DNA of 64,000 bases from assembly GCA_965203295.1 (NCBI GenBank), contig CBDBCZ010000019.1, positions 1,792,001 through 1,856,000 on the forward strand. Direction: 5' to 3'. Every line of letters begins with the position of its first letter. The first letter of the stretch is position 1. The notes beneath the pieces are model-generated. The model ran no database searches and was not told where the DNA came from. It worked only from the letters and a program-made list of their open reading frames with translations. This document shows positions 21,894 to 33,428 of the stretch, piece after piece. Source of the DNA: Nitrospirales bacterium (GTDB lineage: Bacteria > Nitrospirota > Nitrospiria > Nitrospirales > UBA8639). The position numbers and the translations under genes are program-made.

Positions 21894-22265
21894 CTAATCC
21901 CATTCCAACGCCCCTTTTTTCCAAACATACCAATACCCTACAACGAGAATCGCAATGAACAGCCCCATTTCAATCAAGCCCAAGAGACCAAGTTTGTTAA
22001 ACACCACCGCCCATGGGAACATGAAGACAATTTCGATATCGAATATCACAAAGAGCATGGCAATGATGTAATACCGCATAGGGAATTGAATTCGGGCGTC
22101 CATAAACAGTGGACTTCCGCTTTCATAGGGAAGGAGCTTCGCTCGATACGGTCGGCTGGGTCGGACAAACCATCCAGCGACAAGCGAAACAATACCGAAT
22201 GCGGCACCGATCAAGGCAAAGATGACAATGGGAATATAATTCAGTGGAACAGCTTCACCACCCAT
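21894..22265 (-). CDS. nuoA: NADH-quinone oxidoreductase subunit A
   Basis: PYESG, LFVIFDIE, KGALEWD. Confidence 0.97.
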   Translation of the reverse strand: MGGEAVPLNYIPIVIFALIGAAFGIVSLVAGWFVRPSRPYRAKLLPYESGSPLFMDARIQFPMRYYIIAMLFVIFDIEIVFMFPWAVVFNKLGLLGLIEMGLFIAILVVGYWYVWKKGALEWD

Positions 22266-22310
22266 TTGGCGATATTTCCTTTTCCATATCGTGACAATCC
22301 ATCACGATGG

Positions 22311-23507
22311 TCAGACTTTCCCGACTGTCTGATCCCCTGTTAAGACTCCATGAAAAAATGGTCGATACCGTAAACCGGAAAGCTTGGGTTCATCTGTTGC
22401 CTTGTGTTGAATCAGGATCTTAAAGGTTCGGCCCATCCCAGCAGGATGTAACAATTGGGCGGCAGCACGACCTTGTTCCGAGTCTGGGCCGATTTCCTGA
22501 ATCATTTCTTCAATTCCTAATCCCATTAAAAAATGCATGAGATCCGTAAAGCCCGTTATTTCCAAGCCCTCACGTTTTCCAGCTATCGCTAAACTAGAAA
22601 AATTGACATGCGCCGTGATGTCTTGCAACCCAATCTGTTGATAGGGGTCAACATGCACACGATGGAGGGTATAACAAAGAAGGGTCCCGGTTTTTCTAGA
22701 TGGAGAATAGAAATCCTGTGCAACATGGCCATAATCAATGGTGAGCACCACTCCCCTCTTCATGACTCTTGCAACGTCTTTCATCCAAGAGAGGGCACGC
22801 AGATTGACTTCCGTCGTAAATCCATCAGGCAGGTTCTCCTCATAATCGCCTAAGACTTTTTCTAATTCAGTGCTAGAAGGATCTTTCACCCTTTCAACGA
22901 ACTGTCCTTCCTCAAAGTCGACATACAGTTCTTTGAGGTTTCCATTTTCAACTTTGATCCGATGAACCGGGAACGCATCAACGAGCTCATTTGAAAAAAG
23001 CATTCCCGTCACCAATTGGGTGTCACATTCCTCAAGGGAAGAGGCCCACGAAACTTGAGCCCCTCTTTGAATGAAGGACGCGACGGATTGTTCGTGACGA
23101 ACCTTCATGCTAGGGCTACGATCAATAAGGATGTATTTGACTCTTTGAAAGAATTGCGGGCTGAAAAACTCACAATGCGAAAGGAAATCACGGGCCAGTA
23201 ATCCTTCCCCCGCCCCCATTTCCAACACGATGAAAGGATCGGGATGCCCTAGGTCCTCATCAATCTCTTGAGCTTGCCGAACTAAGGCCTTGGCTAAGAG
23301 AGGGGAAAGGCACGGAGTCGTGTAAAAATCTCCTTGCCACCCGATCTGGGAATCTCCATTACCCCTAGGATTCTCTGTAGGGGTTTTCCCATGGGTCATA
23401 TAGTACCCATACTCAGAATCATACAGGGCAAGCTCCATAAATCGCGCGAAGGAAATAGGCCCTAACTCTATGATTTCAGAGGAAATTTTTTTAACTAGCT
23501 GATTCAA
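22311..23507 (-). CDS. NDUFAF7/MidA-family SAM-dependent methyltransferase
   Basis: GPISFARFMELALY..GYY, GDFYT, EMGAGEG, NELVDAFP, IDYG, QDITAHVNF. Confidence 0.92.
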   Translation of the reverse strand: MNQLVKKISSEIIELGPISFARFMELALYDSEYGYYMTHGKTPTENPRGNGDSQIGWQGDFYTTPCLSPLLAKALVRQAQEIDEDLGHPDPFIVLEMGAGEGLLARDFLSHCEFFSPQFFQRVKYILIDRSPSMKVRHEQSVASFIQRGAQVSWASSLEECDTQLVTGMLFSNELVDAFPVHRIKVENGNLKELYVDFEEGQFVERVKDPSSTELEKVLGDYEENLPDGFTTEVNLRALSWMKDVARVMKRGVVLTIDYGHVAQDFYSPSRKTGTLLCYTLHRVHVDPYQQIGLQDITAHVNFSSLAIAGKREGLEITGFTDLMHFLMGLGIEEMIQEIGPDSEQGRAAAQLLHPAGMGRTFKILIQHKATDEPKLSGLRYRPFFHGVLTGDQTVGKV

Positions 23508-23984
23508 ATCCCAAACCTTTTCATCTAGGCCATTATAACTATATAATCCCCTGCCACACCGATTAGGCCAAAGGGCATATCATAGCTTCCCTAATTAATC
23601 CAAGTCAAGGGAATCTAACTGAGTTGGGAAAGGGAATAATTATGAAGAGAAACCGATGAAAGTTGTCGATCATATGACAGAGAAAAACGCTTCACCTCTG
23701 ATCTTATGACGAGTGGCGTAACGACTGCCCTATTTAAACCTGTTGTCTTAATAAAACCATCTGTCAGATCCTTGCAATGCCATCCTGGACCATTTCTTTA
23801 AGACCATTTGAGCTATCCTCGTTTTATTTATCTCATTTAGTGAAATATAAAGCTAGAGTCTGGATAATTGAGAATCTCACCCGTATCAAAAGGGTTGTCC
23901 CTTTAAGAATATTAATTTTCTTATCGTAAATAACAACCACTTTGGAATTAGAAATTAATGTCGTGGTTAACCACGTATTCTTGT

Positions 23985-25390
23985 TTAGGGAGATAAAAAG
24001 CGAATTCGTCTCACTTCCTCTTCCCCATATCTCTTCCCCATATGAGACATACAACAAGTCGCCTGTTATGGGATCAACCTCTAAATCCACTGGGGTTCTG
24101 ACGGAAGTTAAACCAAGGGGACTATCTTTACCCCCAAAGTCTTCCATACTTACAAGTTGATGTTGGTCATCAACCCACAAGACCTTGATCCATTCCTCCC
24201 CATAATCAGCAAAAAACAAGGTTCCATGGTATCGATGTGGAAATTGACTCCCTGTATAAAATGCTAAACCGGTCGCTGTATGGCCCGTGAAAGTGGCAAT
24301 AGGGTGCCCACTAAACCAACCTTTTTGAGGTTTACCCCGATGCCATGAGATGAGTGGGAAAACAAGGCGATTTTCCTCGCGGACTCTCTGAAAAAGTGTG
24401 TGAACGGTGGGATTTTTTAAATAGGCATTCGATTTCACTGGGCCTTCGAAACAGGGCCATCCTGCATTGCCTCCTGGGTGCAGAACCGTAATTTCCTCCC
24501 ATTTCCCCCATCCAACATCCCCGACTTATGGGACTGGAGAACCGGCCCCATTCTCACGAAGCGTAAACCGAAAAGGATTTCTTAACCCGAGACTGAAAAT
24601 TCTAGAAGTTGGGCTATTGAGATTACCATCAAAAAAAGGGGTTGTTGCCAATCCTAATCCTACCTCTGGATCAATTCGAAGCAGTTTTCCTTAAAGCGAG
24701 TTAATCTGTTGCGACCGACGAGCACCAGTCCCCTGATCGCGGCCGAACAGTCTGCTACAACGGTCATCAGGGTCCCCAATATCAATCCCTTCATAACTGG
24801 CTCCATCCCCAGCGCTGAGATATATGAAACCATCCGAGCCCACCTTTACCGCGCCTACAGAATGGAATGTACTGCAATTTGGAATGCCGTCTTCAGGACC
24901 TTTTCCAAAGAGGATAGTTTGTGAATCTCTTAAAACCTCATCTCCTTGGGCTGTATAGCGAACAAGACGACCAAATGTGGGTACCGGAGTAGGCTCATTT
25001 GCGTATTTCAATCGACGATTAACGGTATACAGGAGATAAACATAAGGGACCTCAGGATACGAGGGGTGAACCGCCAAGCCCAATAAACCACTTTCCCCAC
25101 CAACTTCCACATCATCAAGGACGAGAAAAGGCTGGCGAAGACGAACCCTGTTTCTGACAATCCACACCACGCCATGCCTTTCCGCAACAAACATAGTCCC
25201 ATCCTGAGCGATAGCCAAATCGGTGGGATCCGTTAACTTACCGACAATTAGCTCATCGACAAACCCTCCATCCATAGGGAGAATTAGGTCCTGTCGACAC
25301 CATGGGATCAAATACAAGATAGATCAGAAAGCCAATCAGAGTTCCCATCACGAGAATCCCGAGAACAATCTTAGATGCTTTTTTGAGATA
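23985..25390 (-). pseudogene. PQQ-dependent sugar dehydrogenase (GSDH beta-propeller), disrupted
   Basis: ESGLLGLAVHP, GKLLRIDP, GLRNPFRF, VGDVG, NAGWPCFEG, LFFADY; in-frame TAA at 24691-93 and 24526-28; frameshifts near both ends; boundaries approximate. Confidence 0.85.
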
Positions 25391-25685
25391 AATTAGTAAA
25401 ATCATAGGATATGTTTATTACCTAACCTCCTCATTCCTCATACTCCTCCAAAAATTTCATTTCGTCGATAGTCCAAGGCGGGGACCGCTAGCTATTGTTT
25501 CATCATGAATGCCGTTTAAGTAAATTATTAAGGCTCTAGACTAGCAGATTCTCATAGTTGTTGATGATCCGAGTTAATTCTTGGCGAAGGGCGTGCGACG
25601 GTTTTCCCTAGCGCCATTCACATTCTTTGGGATGAAGATCAAAGTGTTTCTTGACGCCGTTAGTCTAGAGCCATTGGAATGTAAA

Positions 25686-26182
25686 TTATCGTAGGGTCAG
25701 CAATTGTCCGTTCAGATCACCATTTGCCTGAGGATTGGAATAGATTAAGATATTGTTGGCCGTCACGTAGGTGAGATCACTCGTCGGGATGCCAATATAT
25801 TGGGTTTGACCCGGTTTCAAAGAGAGTTTTACATTCATCGATGTTGGACCGGCAAATGCCGAATCGGCGGAAAGATGAAATGTGTAATCAGACTGTAATT
25901 TGTTGGTGACTTTAAGTAAGACTGGTCGGCCTGCCCGTGCGCCTGTTCCCTGGTTGGCTAGATTCAGGATAGCTGTGGGAGGATACCAGCCATTTTTTCC
26001 ACCAACAGTCATCGCGGTAAATTCCAAATCAACATTCAATTCTCTTTAAAGGGTTGTCCCACCACAGAGCCAGTCGCCAGATCTCCAATTTCCACTTCGC
26101 CGGATTGCAATGCAAAAGCGGAATTTGTCATTCCCAGGACAAGGAATATTCCCAAACAAAGCATGAAGAAAGACGTGCGCAT
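25686..26182 (-). pseudogene. Secreted protein with a possible cupredoxin-like fold, frameshifted
   Basis: RBS AAGGAGG, then MRTSFFMLCLGIFLVLGMTNSAFA signal peptide; frame breaks near 26040 and continues as ORF 26039..25686. Confidence 0.65.
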
Positions 26183-26610
26183 TAGATTGCCTCCTTAGTT
26201 AATAAAAGGATGAATACGTGATGATAGCCTTACAGAAAGAACACGTTCTCTATGGACGAATCGACCTCAGAGTTTTGACGCGATAGTCAATCTCGATCAA
26301 CAAGCTGTGAGGAGCCGGGAATGAAGGGATGAGGTAGGCAAACCTCTCTTCACTCCCTGAGCTCTTCACAGAATTTAAGGTAGGATATCGAGTGGCGATT
26401 AGGTTCCTACCCTTTGGGAAACAAGATTAACGCGTTGATTATGTTAGGTAATATTGAGCAAGCCGTCTACATAAGGATGTCAACGGATGCTACAGCTTGC
26501 TCCAAGAATTTACTTAGGTAGGGAATGAAGGTTTTTCTGCTTGGTGCTGTAATGAAGAAGACTAGCGACTTATTCAGGAAACAAGAAAGCTAAAAGCAAA
26601 ATGTCTTGTT

Positions 26611-29313
26611 TTAGGCCCCATGACATTTTTTGTATTTTTTGCCGCTTCCGCAGGGACAGGGATCATTTCGTCCGACTTTTTGCTGAGCCCGTTGAACAGT
26701 CCGAGGGGCTGCAGCCTCCCCACGATTCAACGAAATTTGAAGCGGCTGGTCAACTTCCTCGACAGCATCCGGCCGCTCACCTTTGACGATTTGAACTTTA
26801 AAGACCCGCTCCAAGGCATCGGATTTGATCCGATCCATCATCACGGCAAACATATCAAACCCTTCCCGTTTATATTCGGCAAGAGGATCTTTTTGCCCAT
26901 AACCTCGTAGCCCAATTCCATCGCGGAGCTGATCCATCCCTAAAAGATGGTCCTTCCAATGATGATCAATGACCTGAAGTAACAATGACCGTTCTAGGTG
27001 CTGACGAATTTCAACCCCAACAGCTTCATCTCGTTCCTGTTGAATCGTGGTATAGGCTTGTTGAACTCGTTCCCGGAGTTCTGCCAACAGGCCCTCCAAT
27101 CCCATATCCTTCACATCATCTTCTTGCATGATGTCCACGCCGAACTGTCCTTGCAAAGACTCCCGGAGTCCAGTCAGATCCCAAGACTCGGCATATTGAT
27201 CCTCTGGACAATAGGTTGTGACCAACGATTCGACCACATCTGAAATCATATCGGGAACATCTTCCGATACATCTTCACCCCCGAGAACCCCGCCTCGGTG
27301 TTGGTAGATGATCTCCCGTTGCTTGTTCATCACATCATCATATTCAAGAAGCTGCTTGCGGATTTCAAAATTATGGGCTTCAACTTTTTTCTGAGCATTC
27401 TCAATTGACTTCGTGACCATCCGATGTTCAATGGGCACCCCTTCCTCCATACCCAGCTTGAGCATAAGATTGGAAACCCTCTCAGACGCAAAAATCCTCA
27501 TCAGATCGTCTTGAAGAGAGAGAAAGAACCGTGAAGACCCAGGATCTCCCTGCCGACCAGATCTTCCACGAAGCTGATTGTCTATTCGCCGACTCTCATG
27601 ACGCTCTGTCCCAATAATATGCACACCACCGAGAGCCAGAACCTCTGCTTTATTTATCTCACTCTCAGTCTTAATTTTTTCATAGGCTGTCTGTTTTTGT
27701 TCTTCAGACAACTCTTCCTCTTTGGCGTAAAGCATTTGCTTGAATAAGGAGTCAGGATTTCCACCAAGAACAATGTCCGTACCACGACCAGCCATATTCG
27801 TCGCTAAGGTCACCGCCCCCTTTTGGCCAGCTTGGGCGATGATCTCGGCCTCTTTTTCATGAAATTTTGCGTTCAAGACATGATGTTTGATCCCACGATG
27901 TTTGAGCATTAAAGAAAGACGCTCAGACTTTTCGATAGAAATGGTCCCAACCAAGACGGGCTGGCCTCGATCAGCAAATTCTTTGATTTCTTCCGCAATG
28001 GCGTCGAACTTTTCCTTCTCAGTCCGATACACGACATCCGGGTAATCCTTTCGGATCATCGGCTGGTTCGTCGGGATCACATTGACGTCTAAGTTATAAA
28101 TCTTCGCAAATTCAGCTGCTTCCGTATCAGCCGTCCCTGTCATCCCAGCCAATTTGTCATACATCCGAAAATAATTCTGAAATGTAATAGAAGCCAAGGT
28201 CTGATTCTCATTGGCAATCTTGACGCCCTCCTTGGCTTCAACTGCCTGGTGTAATCCATCACTCCACCGGCGACCAGGCATAAGCCGTCCGGTAAACTCA
28301 TCCACAATCTGGACTTCCCCGTCCTTGACAACATAATCGACGTCCCGTTTGTAAATAGCATGGGCCTGGAGAGCCTTAATGACATGATGCACAAGATCCA
28401 TATGACGCATGTCATACAGATTATCTACGCCAAGAAGCTTTTCGACTCGGTTATTCCCATCGTCTGTCAGGACGACTGTTTTCGTTTTTTCCTCGATAGT
28501 AAAATCTTGTTCAACCTTGAGCTGTGGAATAATACGATTGATGCGATAATACAGCTCGGTCGATTGCTCAGCAGGACCTGAAATGATCAGTGGCGTCCTG
28601 GCCTCATCAATGAGGATGCTATCAACTTCATCGACAATGGCGAAATTCAGTTCTCGCTGGACCCTTTGAGTGAGATCGGTCACGACCAGATTGTCCCGCA
28701 AATAATCAAATCCGAACTCATTGTTCGTGCCATAGGTAATATCAGCTCGATAGGCCTCGGGCCGTGAACAGGGACGCAAATACTGTAGGCGTTTATCGGG
28801 TGCATCATAATGAGGGTCAAACATGAACGAAGATTCATGTTGAATAATCCCCACGGAACAGCCGAGTGAATGGTACAGGGATCCCATCCATTGAGCATCT
28901 CGCTTGGCCAAATAGTCATTCACCGTGACGAGATGGACCCCTTTTCCTGTCAATGCATTCAAATAGACGGGAAGGGTCGCGACCAGCGTTTTCCCTTCTC
29001 CTGTCTTCATCTCGGAAATTTTTCCCTGGTTGAGGACCATTCCCCCTAATAATTGAACGTCGAAATGCCGAAGAACCAGCCTTCGTTTGGAAGCTTCTCG
29101 ACACACAGCGAACGCCTCAGGCAGCAAAGCGTCAAGAGATTCTCCAGCTTCTAGCCTTTTTTTAAACGACTCGGATTTGTCTGCAAGCGCTTCGTCGGAC
29201 AGGGGCTCGAGCGAGGGCTCAAAAGCATTGACCTGATCCACAACAGACTGAAAACTCTTGAGCTCTCGTTCGTTTTTGCTACCGAAAATGAGGTTTAGGA
29301 GGCGGATAAACAT
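26611..29313 (-). CDS. secA: Preprotein translocase ATPase SecA
   Basis: [39 protein letters not shown]-terminal [18 protein letters not shown]. Confidence 0.99.
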   Translation of the reverse strand: MFIRLLNLIFGSKNERELKSFQSVVDQVNAFEPSLEPLSDEALADKSESFKKRLEAGESLDALLPEAFAVCREASKRRLVLRHFDVQLLGGMVLNQGKISEMKTGEGKTLVATLPVYLNALTGKGVHLVTVNDYLAKRDAQWMGSLYHSLGCSVGIIQHESSFMFDPHYDAPDKRLQYLRPCSRPEAYRADITYGTNNEFGFDYLRDNLVVTDLTQRVQRELNFAIVDEVDSILIDEARTPLIISGPAEQSTELYYRINRIIPQLKVEQDFTIEEKTKTVVLTDDGNNRVEKLLGVDNLYDMRHMDLVHHVIKALQAHAIYKRDVDYVVKDGEVQIVDEFTGRLMPGRRWSDGLHQAVEAKEGVKIANENQTLASITFQNYFRMYDKLAGMTGTADTEAAEFAKIYNLDVNVIPTNQPMIRKDYPDVVYRTEKEKFDAIAEEIKEFADRGQPVLVGTISIEKSERLSLMLKHRGIKHHVLNAKFHEKEAEIIAQAGQKGAVTLATNMAGRGTDIVLGGNPDSLFKQMLYAKEEELSEEQKQTAYEKIKTESEINKAEVLALGGVHIIGTERHESRRIDNQLRGRSGRQGDPGSSRFFLSLQDDLMRIFASERVSNLMLKLGMEEGVPIEHRMVTKSIENAQKKVEAHNFEIRKQLLEYDDVMNKQREIIYQHRGGVLGGEDVSEDVPDMISDVVESLVTTYCPEDQYAESWDLTGLRESLQGQFGVDIMQEDDVKDMGLEGLLAELRERVQQAYTTIQQERDEAVGVEIRQHLERSLLLQVIDHHWKDHLLGMDQLRDGIGLRGYGQKDPLAEYKREGFDMFAVMMDRIKSDALERVFKVQIVKGERPDAVEEVDQPLQISLNRGEAAAPRTVQRAQQKVGRNDPCPCGSGKKYKKCHGA

Positions 29314-29600
29314 GGCACAACGATTAGAGAAGGTGAAAATTAGTTTGTGGAAGATTTGAATTTTCCAATGACGTGTTAGTATACCCGAATACTCTAAGGA
29401 ATCAACTTACTCCAAATTGGTTTCGAGAATTGAACGAAGTGAATGATTTTCAGCATTCGCCTTCAAATCGCATGAGGCTTTAACGTCCGGGGCTCTGTCG
29501 CTTACGACCTCAATGGCAATTTGGCCCGGAGAGTGAATGATGAGCAAGAGATAACGCATTTTTTCAATTTAAGAAGATCTTGATATACTACTAAATTCAT

Positions 29601-30197
29601 ATGAGGAATTTCTGCCGCGGATCCACGGTCCAGCAGGGACTTATCCTGTTTGTTGTCACAGGAACCATTGGCTTTATGCCGAGCACACTTCAAGCAGAGG
29701 AAATCGTAGAGGAGGAATCAATTGAGATTCTGGACACCATTGAAGTTCCGGCCACAGCGGTTACTCAGGAAAAACGCCCGATCTCCTTCTTAGCTCCGCA
29801 GTCGACAGAACTTACTCCGCTTATTGAAGAGCAATTGGTTCGCCCATCCATTCGCTCCGGCCTCTCCGTGACGATAGGCCATCATCCGGTAGCACGGGAT
29901 TCCATAGCTGATACCCGTGGGGTTTGGTCCCCAACGCGCGCGGTTAAAGCCGAGCGTCCTCACTATCCTCATGTTGCTCGTAAAAATAGATGGGAGGGAA
30001 CAGTCTTTCTCAGAATCACCATTAACGCCGATGGAACGGTGCGATCGATCAAGACTCAAAAAAGTTCCGGGCATTCTATTTTGGATGAAAGCGCCTTGCA
30101 TGCAGTGAAGCAATGGCGGTTTGAACCAGCCAAGGATGGAGAATTCCCCATTCCAGTGAATGTAGATCTCCCGATCCGATTTGATCTCAATGAATGA
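29601..30197 (+). CDS. TonB C-terminal domain protein with an apparently cleavable signal peptide
   Basis: PHYPHVARKNRWEGTV...SSGHSILDESALHAVKQWRFEPA; leader ends TLQA-EE. Confidence 0.85.
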   Translation: MRNFCRGSTVQQGLILFVVTGTIGFMPSTLQAEEIVEEESIEILDTIEVPATAVTQEKRPISFLAPQSTELTPLIEEQLVRPSIRSGLSVTIGHHPVARDSIADTRGVWSPTRAVKAERPHYPHVARKNRWEGTVFLRITINADGTVRSIKTQKSSGHSILDESALHAVKQWRFEPAKDGEFPIPVNVDLPIRFDLNE

Positions 30198-30238
30198 AAG
30201 GTATCCAGAATCATTTTCGTAATTAAGTAGGATCATCC

Positions 30239-31300
30239 ATGAACAGATTGAAATCCACGCTGGTTCAAAGCCGAAAAAGATTTTGTGTAATAACCCTATT
30301 TTTGTTATCGCTATCATCAGCCGCTTGGGCAGATGAAGCCCAGCAATATTACAACCAAGGGCTCTCAGCCTTGCAACAAAAAGAATACTCTAAATCAGTC
30401 TCCTCGCTTCAATCAGCTATACGAGTATTTCCGCGTTTTGCGACAGCTCATCACCTATTGGGGGTGGTGTATTTTAACGGCCTTCACAACCACGAAGAGG
30501 CCCTTGAGCATTTACAACAGGCTGTCGTCTTGCATCCAAATTTTTCTCGCGCCCATTTGGACCTCGGACTCGTCTACCAACACAACAATCAATTAGATGA
30601 GGCTGAATCCTCATTGAAAAAGGCAATTGATATTTATCCCAACTATGCCGAGGCTCACCTGTCTTTGGCCCTCTTATATGACCATAGAGGAAAGATTGAA
30701 CAGGCTATCTCAGCCTACGAAACTGCATTGAACCTTCAACCGAATCAAAAACAGGCCATCTTCAATTTGGCGACGCTCTACGATCATGAGGGAGACACCC
30801 CCAAAGCGCGAAGGTTACTTCGCAAGCTCACTACTGTTGAACCAACCTACGCTGAGGCATGGATGCTATTGGCCCAAATAGCGGAAAAAAACAATCAAAC
30901 AGACGAGGCCATTCACACGTATAGCCGAGCCGTACAAGAAAACGGGAAACTCCTCGAAGCGCATTATGCCCTGGGGTTCCTTTATCAATCACAAGGGAAG
31001 TCTGAAGAAGGGGTTCGAGAGTTTAAGGAAGTCATCCGTCTGGATCCCAAATATGCTGAAGCCCACCTCAACCTCGGTGTCTTGTATGCCAACATGGATC
31101 ATCTGGAAGATGCGGAAGAGGCCTATCAAACGGCCTTATCCCTCAACCCGACGCTGATCGAAGCCCACTATAATCTCGGAGTGTTCTACGAGTTCTACCG
31201 TAAAGATCCAAAAAAGGCGCTGGTGCAATACAAAAAATATGTTAATCTAGGAGGCAAAGACGAGCGCGTCCACAACCTTCTTAAAAAAGCAGACAAATGA
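30239..31300 (+). CDS. Periplasmic TPR-repeat protein
   Basis: Signal peptide ending AWA-DE; about nine TPR units (AEAHLNLG, AHYNLG and similar). Confidence 0.9.
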   Translation: MNRLKSTLVQSRKRFCVITLFLLSLSSAAWADEAQQYYNQGLSALQQKEYSKSVSSLQSAIRVFPRFATAHHLLGVVYFNGLHNHEEALEHLQQAVVLHPNFSRAHLDLGLVYQHNNQLDEAESSLKKAIDIYPNYAEAHLSLALLYDHRGKIEQAISAYETALNLQPNQKQAIFNLATLYDHEGDTPKARRLLRKLTTVEPTYAEAWMLLAQIAEKNNQTDEAIHTYSRAVQENGKLLEAHYALGFLYQSQGKSEEGVREFKEVIRLDPKYAEAHLNLGVLYANMDHLEDAEEAYQTALSLNPTLIEAHYNLGVFYEFYRKDPKKALVQYKKYVNLGGKDERVHNLLKKADK

Positions 31301-32228
31301 CAGGCATTACCCTTAACCAAGTCAATGCGCATTGGTCCGAGCGAACGCTCCTGAAATACGGAGCAATCTCTATCTTTTTGCATCTCTTCGCATTGACTCT
31401 ATTCGGTCTCGTTCCGAACACACAATCAGACAAACCATTCAGTCCTTTAGTCAACGTCAGGCTTATAGAATCCAAGTCTTCTTCAGAAGGAGAGTCTCAG
31501 GAAGAGTCACCCACACCTCTAATGAAACATATCAAGCCATCACCTGTCCCAAGCCCGAAACCACTGACGACAGGTCAATTTACTACGAAAGCTGCTCCTC
31601 TCCAATTGACAGCACAGACTATCATGCAACCTGTCCACGTGGAGCGAAAACCTTTGCAACAGACTCCTCGTCGGATCCTTAAAGATACCCACGCGACAAA
31701 CGCACTAAGAATGCGTAGCCTTCTCAAGGTAGCCTCCTCTCGTTATCAAATGATGGCATCCCGCACACCCCCCCTAACTGAAGCACAGCTCGACTTGGCG
31801 ACTCACATCACTCAACCAGTGGTTCCTTATATTGCCTCAACTTCCCGAACCACTCATTCTCAACCTTCACTTTCCAGACACGTTTCGCGACCGAATCTCC
31901 TTATGGCCAAACCTCCTGGATCTACGGTCATTTCGCGATCAAAGGCAGGATGGGGACGGACGATTCCACCAATATATCCCCTGGTAGCTCGCGAACAAGG
32001 ATGGGAAGGTGCGGTTAAAGTCCGAGTGATGATCCTGAAAGACGGAAACCAGGGCAAGTACGAATTCGAAAAAGTAGTGGGCATGAGGTATTAGATAAAG
32101 CTGCAGTCAATGCTGTTCGTACTTGGCATTTCATTCCAGCGCGAGATGGAAACATCCCAGTAAAAAGTGTGGTTGAAATCCCTATCAATTTTGACCTTCG
32201 AACACAGGAACAAAAAACCTCATCGTGA
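31297..32228 (+). pseudogene. tonB: Membrane-anchored TonB with a frameshift in the C-terminal domain
   Basis: SIFLH (SxxxH) TM, Pro-rich linker, PIYPLVAREQGWEG; after about 32048 it continues in another frame as PGQVRIRKSSGHEVLDKAAVNAVRTWHFIPARDG, with TGA at 32228 overlapping the exbB GTG. Confidence 0.85.
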
Positions 32229-32830
32229 TCGATATATTGCTAAAAGGTGGGTGGATGATGGTCCCTATTGTAGGATGCTCTGTCATTGCAGTGGGGGTGA
32301 TCATCGAGAGATTTCGGTTGTTTCTGACAATCCGCGACAGGGTTCAGGCTAATCAAATGCTCGCCCTGATACAGAAACAAAAATACACTGACGCCCTTCA
32401 ACTTGCAGAACGATCACCCACACTTCTTATTCGAGTCTTAAGCGCTGGCATCTTATCCCGCACCCATGAACCAGAAAGGGCCATGGAGGCAGCCGGCATG
32501 GCCGAAATTGCGTCGTTAAAAAGAGGCCTCCCGGCCCTCGATACCATTATCACCCTTGCTCCCCTTCTTGGACTATTAGGCACAATTGTCGGAATGATCG
32601 ATTCGTTTGGAATTATGGCTGAATCCGGGATTGGGCAACCTCAAGCTGTGACGGGAGGAGTTGCTGAAGCTCTCATTTGCACAGCAGCGGGAATATTTGT
32701 CGCAGTCACAACCCTGATCCCCTACAATTATTTCCAAGCCCGTATCGAGCGATACACTGAACTTATTGAAGAGTATGCCACACAAGCGGAAGCCGTATTT
32801 CAGGAAGCCTCTAAGGAGAAACTCTTTTGA
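32225..32830 (+). CDS. exbB: MotA/TolQ/ExbB proton channel
   Basis: APLLGLLGTIVGMI, GGVAEALICTAAG. Confidence 0.92.
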   Translation: MIDILLKGGWMMVPIVGCSVIAVGVIIERFRLFLTIRDRVQANQMLALIQKQKYTDALQLAERSPTLLIRVLSAGILSRTHEPERAMEAAGMAEIASLKRGLPALDTIITLAPLLGLLGTIVGMIDSFGIMAESGIGQPQAVTGGVAEALICTAAGIFVAVTTLIPYNYFQARIERYTELIEEYATQAEAVFQEASKEKLF

Positions 32831-33234
32831 GATTGCCGGCATCCACGAAAAAGAAGGCACGGATCGAGATCATTCCCATGATTGACACCATGTTTTTCTT
32901 GTTGGTGTTTTTCATGATTGCGACTCTCTCCATGACACTCCAGCGTGGCATGCCAGTTAATCTACCCAAAGTCAGTACGGCTTCGGATAAAGTGCCAGAC
33001 GAGGCATCGATCACGGTCACTCCCAAAGAGGACTTGTATTTGAACAAAGAGCCGATTACCTTAAACCAACTTGAAACTCAACTCACAATGCTACTTGAAA
33101 CCAGCGGCAAACCTTCGGTTATTATCAATGCAGATGAAACAGTCTCACATGGGCGTGTGATCAAGGTCATGGATACGGTGCGAAAAACTGGCATCCACAA
33201 CATGGCCATCGTAACAAAGCCGATCGATCGCTAA
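32827..33234 (+). CDS. exbD: ExbD/TolR
   Basis: IEIIPMIDTMFFLLVFFM, VNLP, NADETVSHG. Confidence 0.93.
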   Translation: MRLPASTKKKARIEIIPMIDTMFFLLVFFMIATLSMTLQRGMPVNLPKVSTASDKVPDEASITVTPKEDLYLNKEPITLNQLETQLTMLLETSGKPSVIINADETVSHGRVIKVMDTVRKTGIHNMAIVTKPIDR

Positions 33235-33428
33235 ATATTGCGAGCATGAAACAGATAACCTCCATGAAAAAGTGTCTAGCGACGACAGCCGTCTGTTTGA
33301 CCGGACTGTATCTGACATTGGCTTTTGTGGCGCTCCTCTGCGCATCCAACCATACCCAAGATCATGGAGCTCCTGCTGGTGTCTCTGTCCATTCCTACTC
33401 CGGTGGCTCGGAAGCTGGAAGACAAAGT

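Noticed and set aside
7447..23201. Numerous short antisense or alternative-frame ORFs within nuo and other genes
   Set aside because: Shadow ORFs of well-conserved genes with no independent motifs
26331..26350. GGCAAACC resembling a c-di-GMP-I riboswitch
   Set aside because: The following GAAA-loop stem and GCAAAGC/receptor elements are missing, and the orientation is opposite to the flanking genes
29540..29575. Possible Fur/Zur box upstream of the TonB cluster
   Set aside because: GATAACGCATTTTTTCAAT is only a weak partial match with poor symmetry
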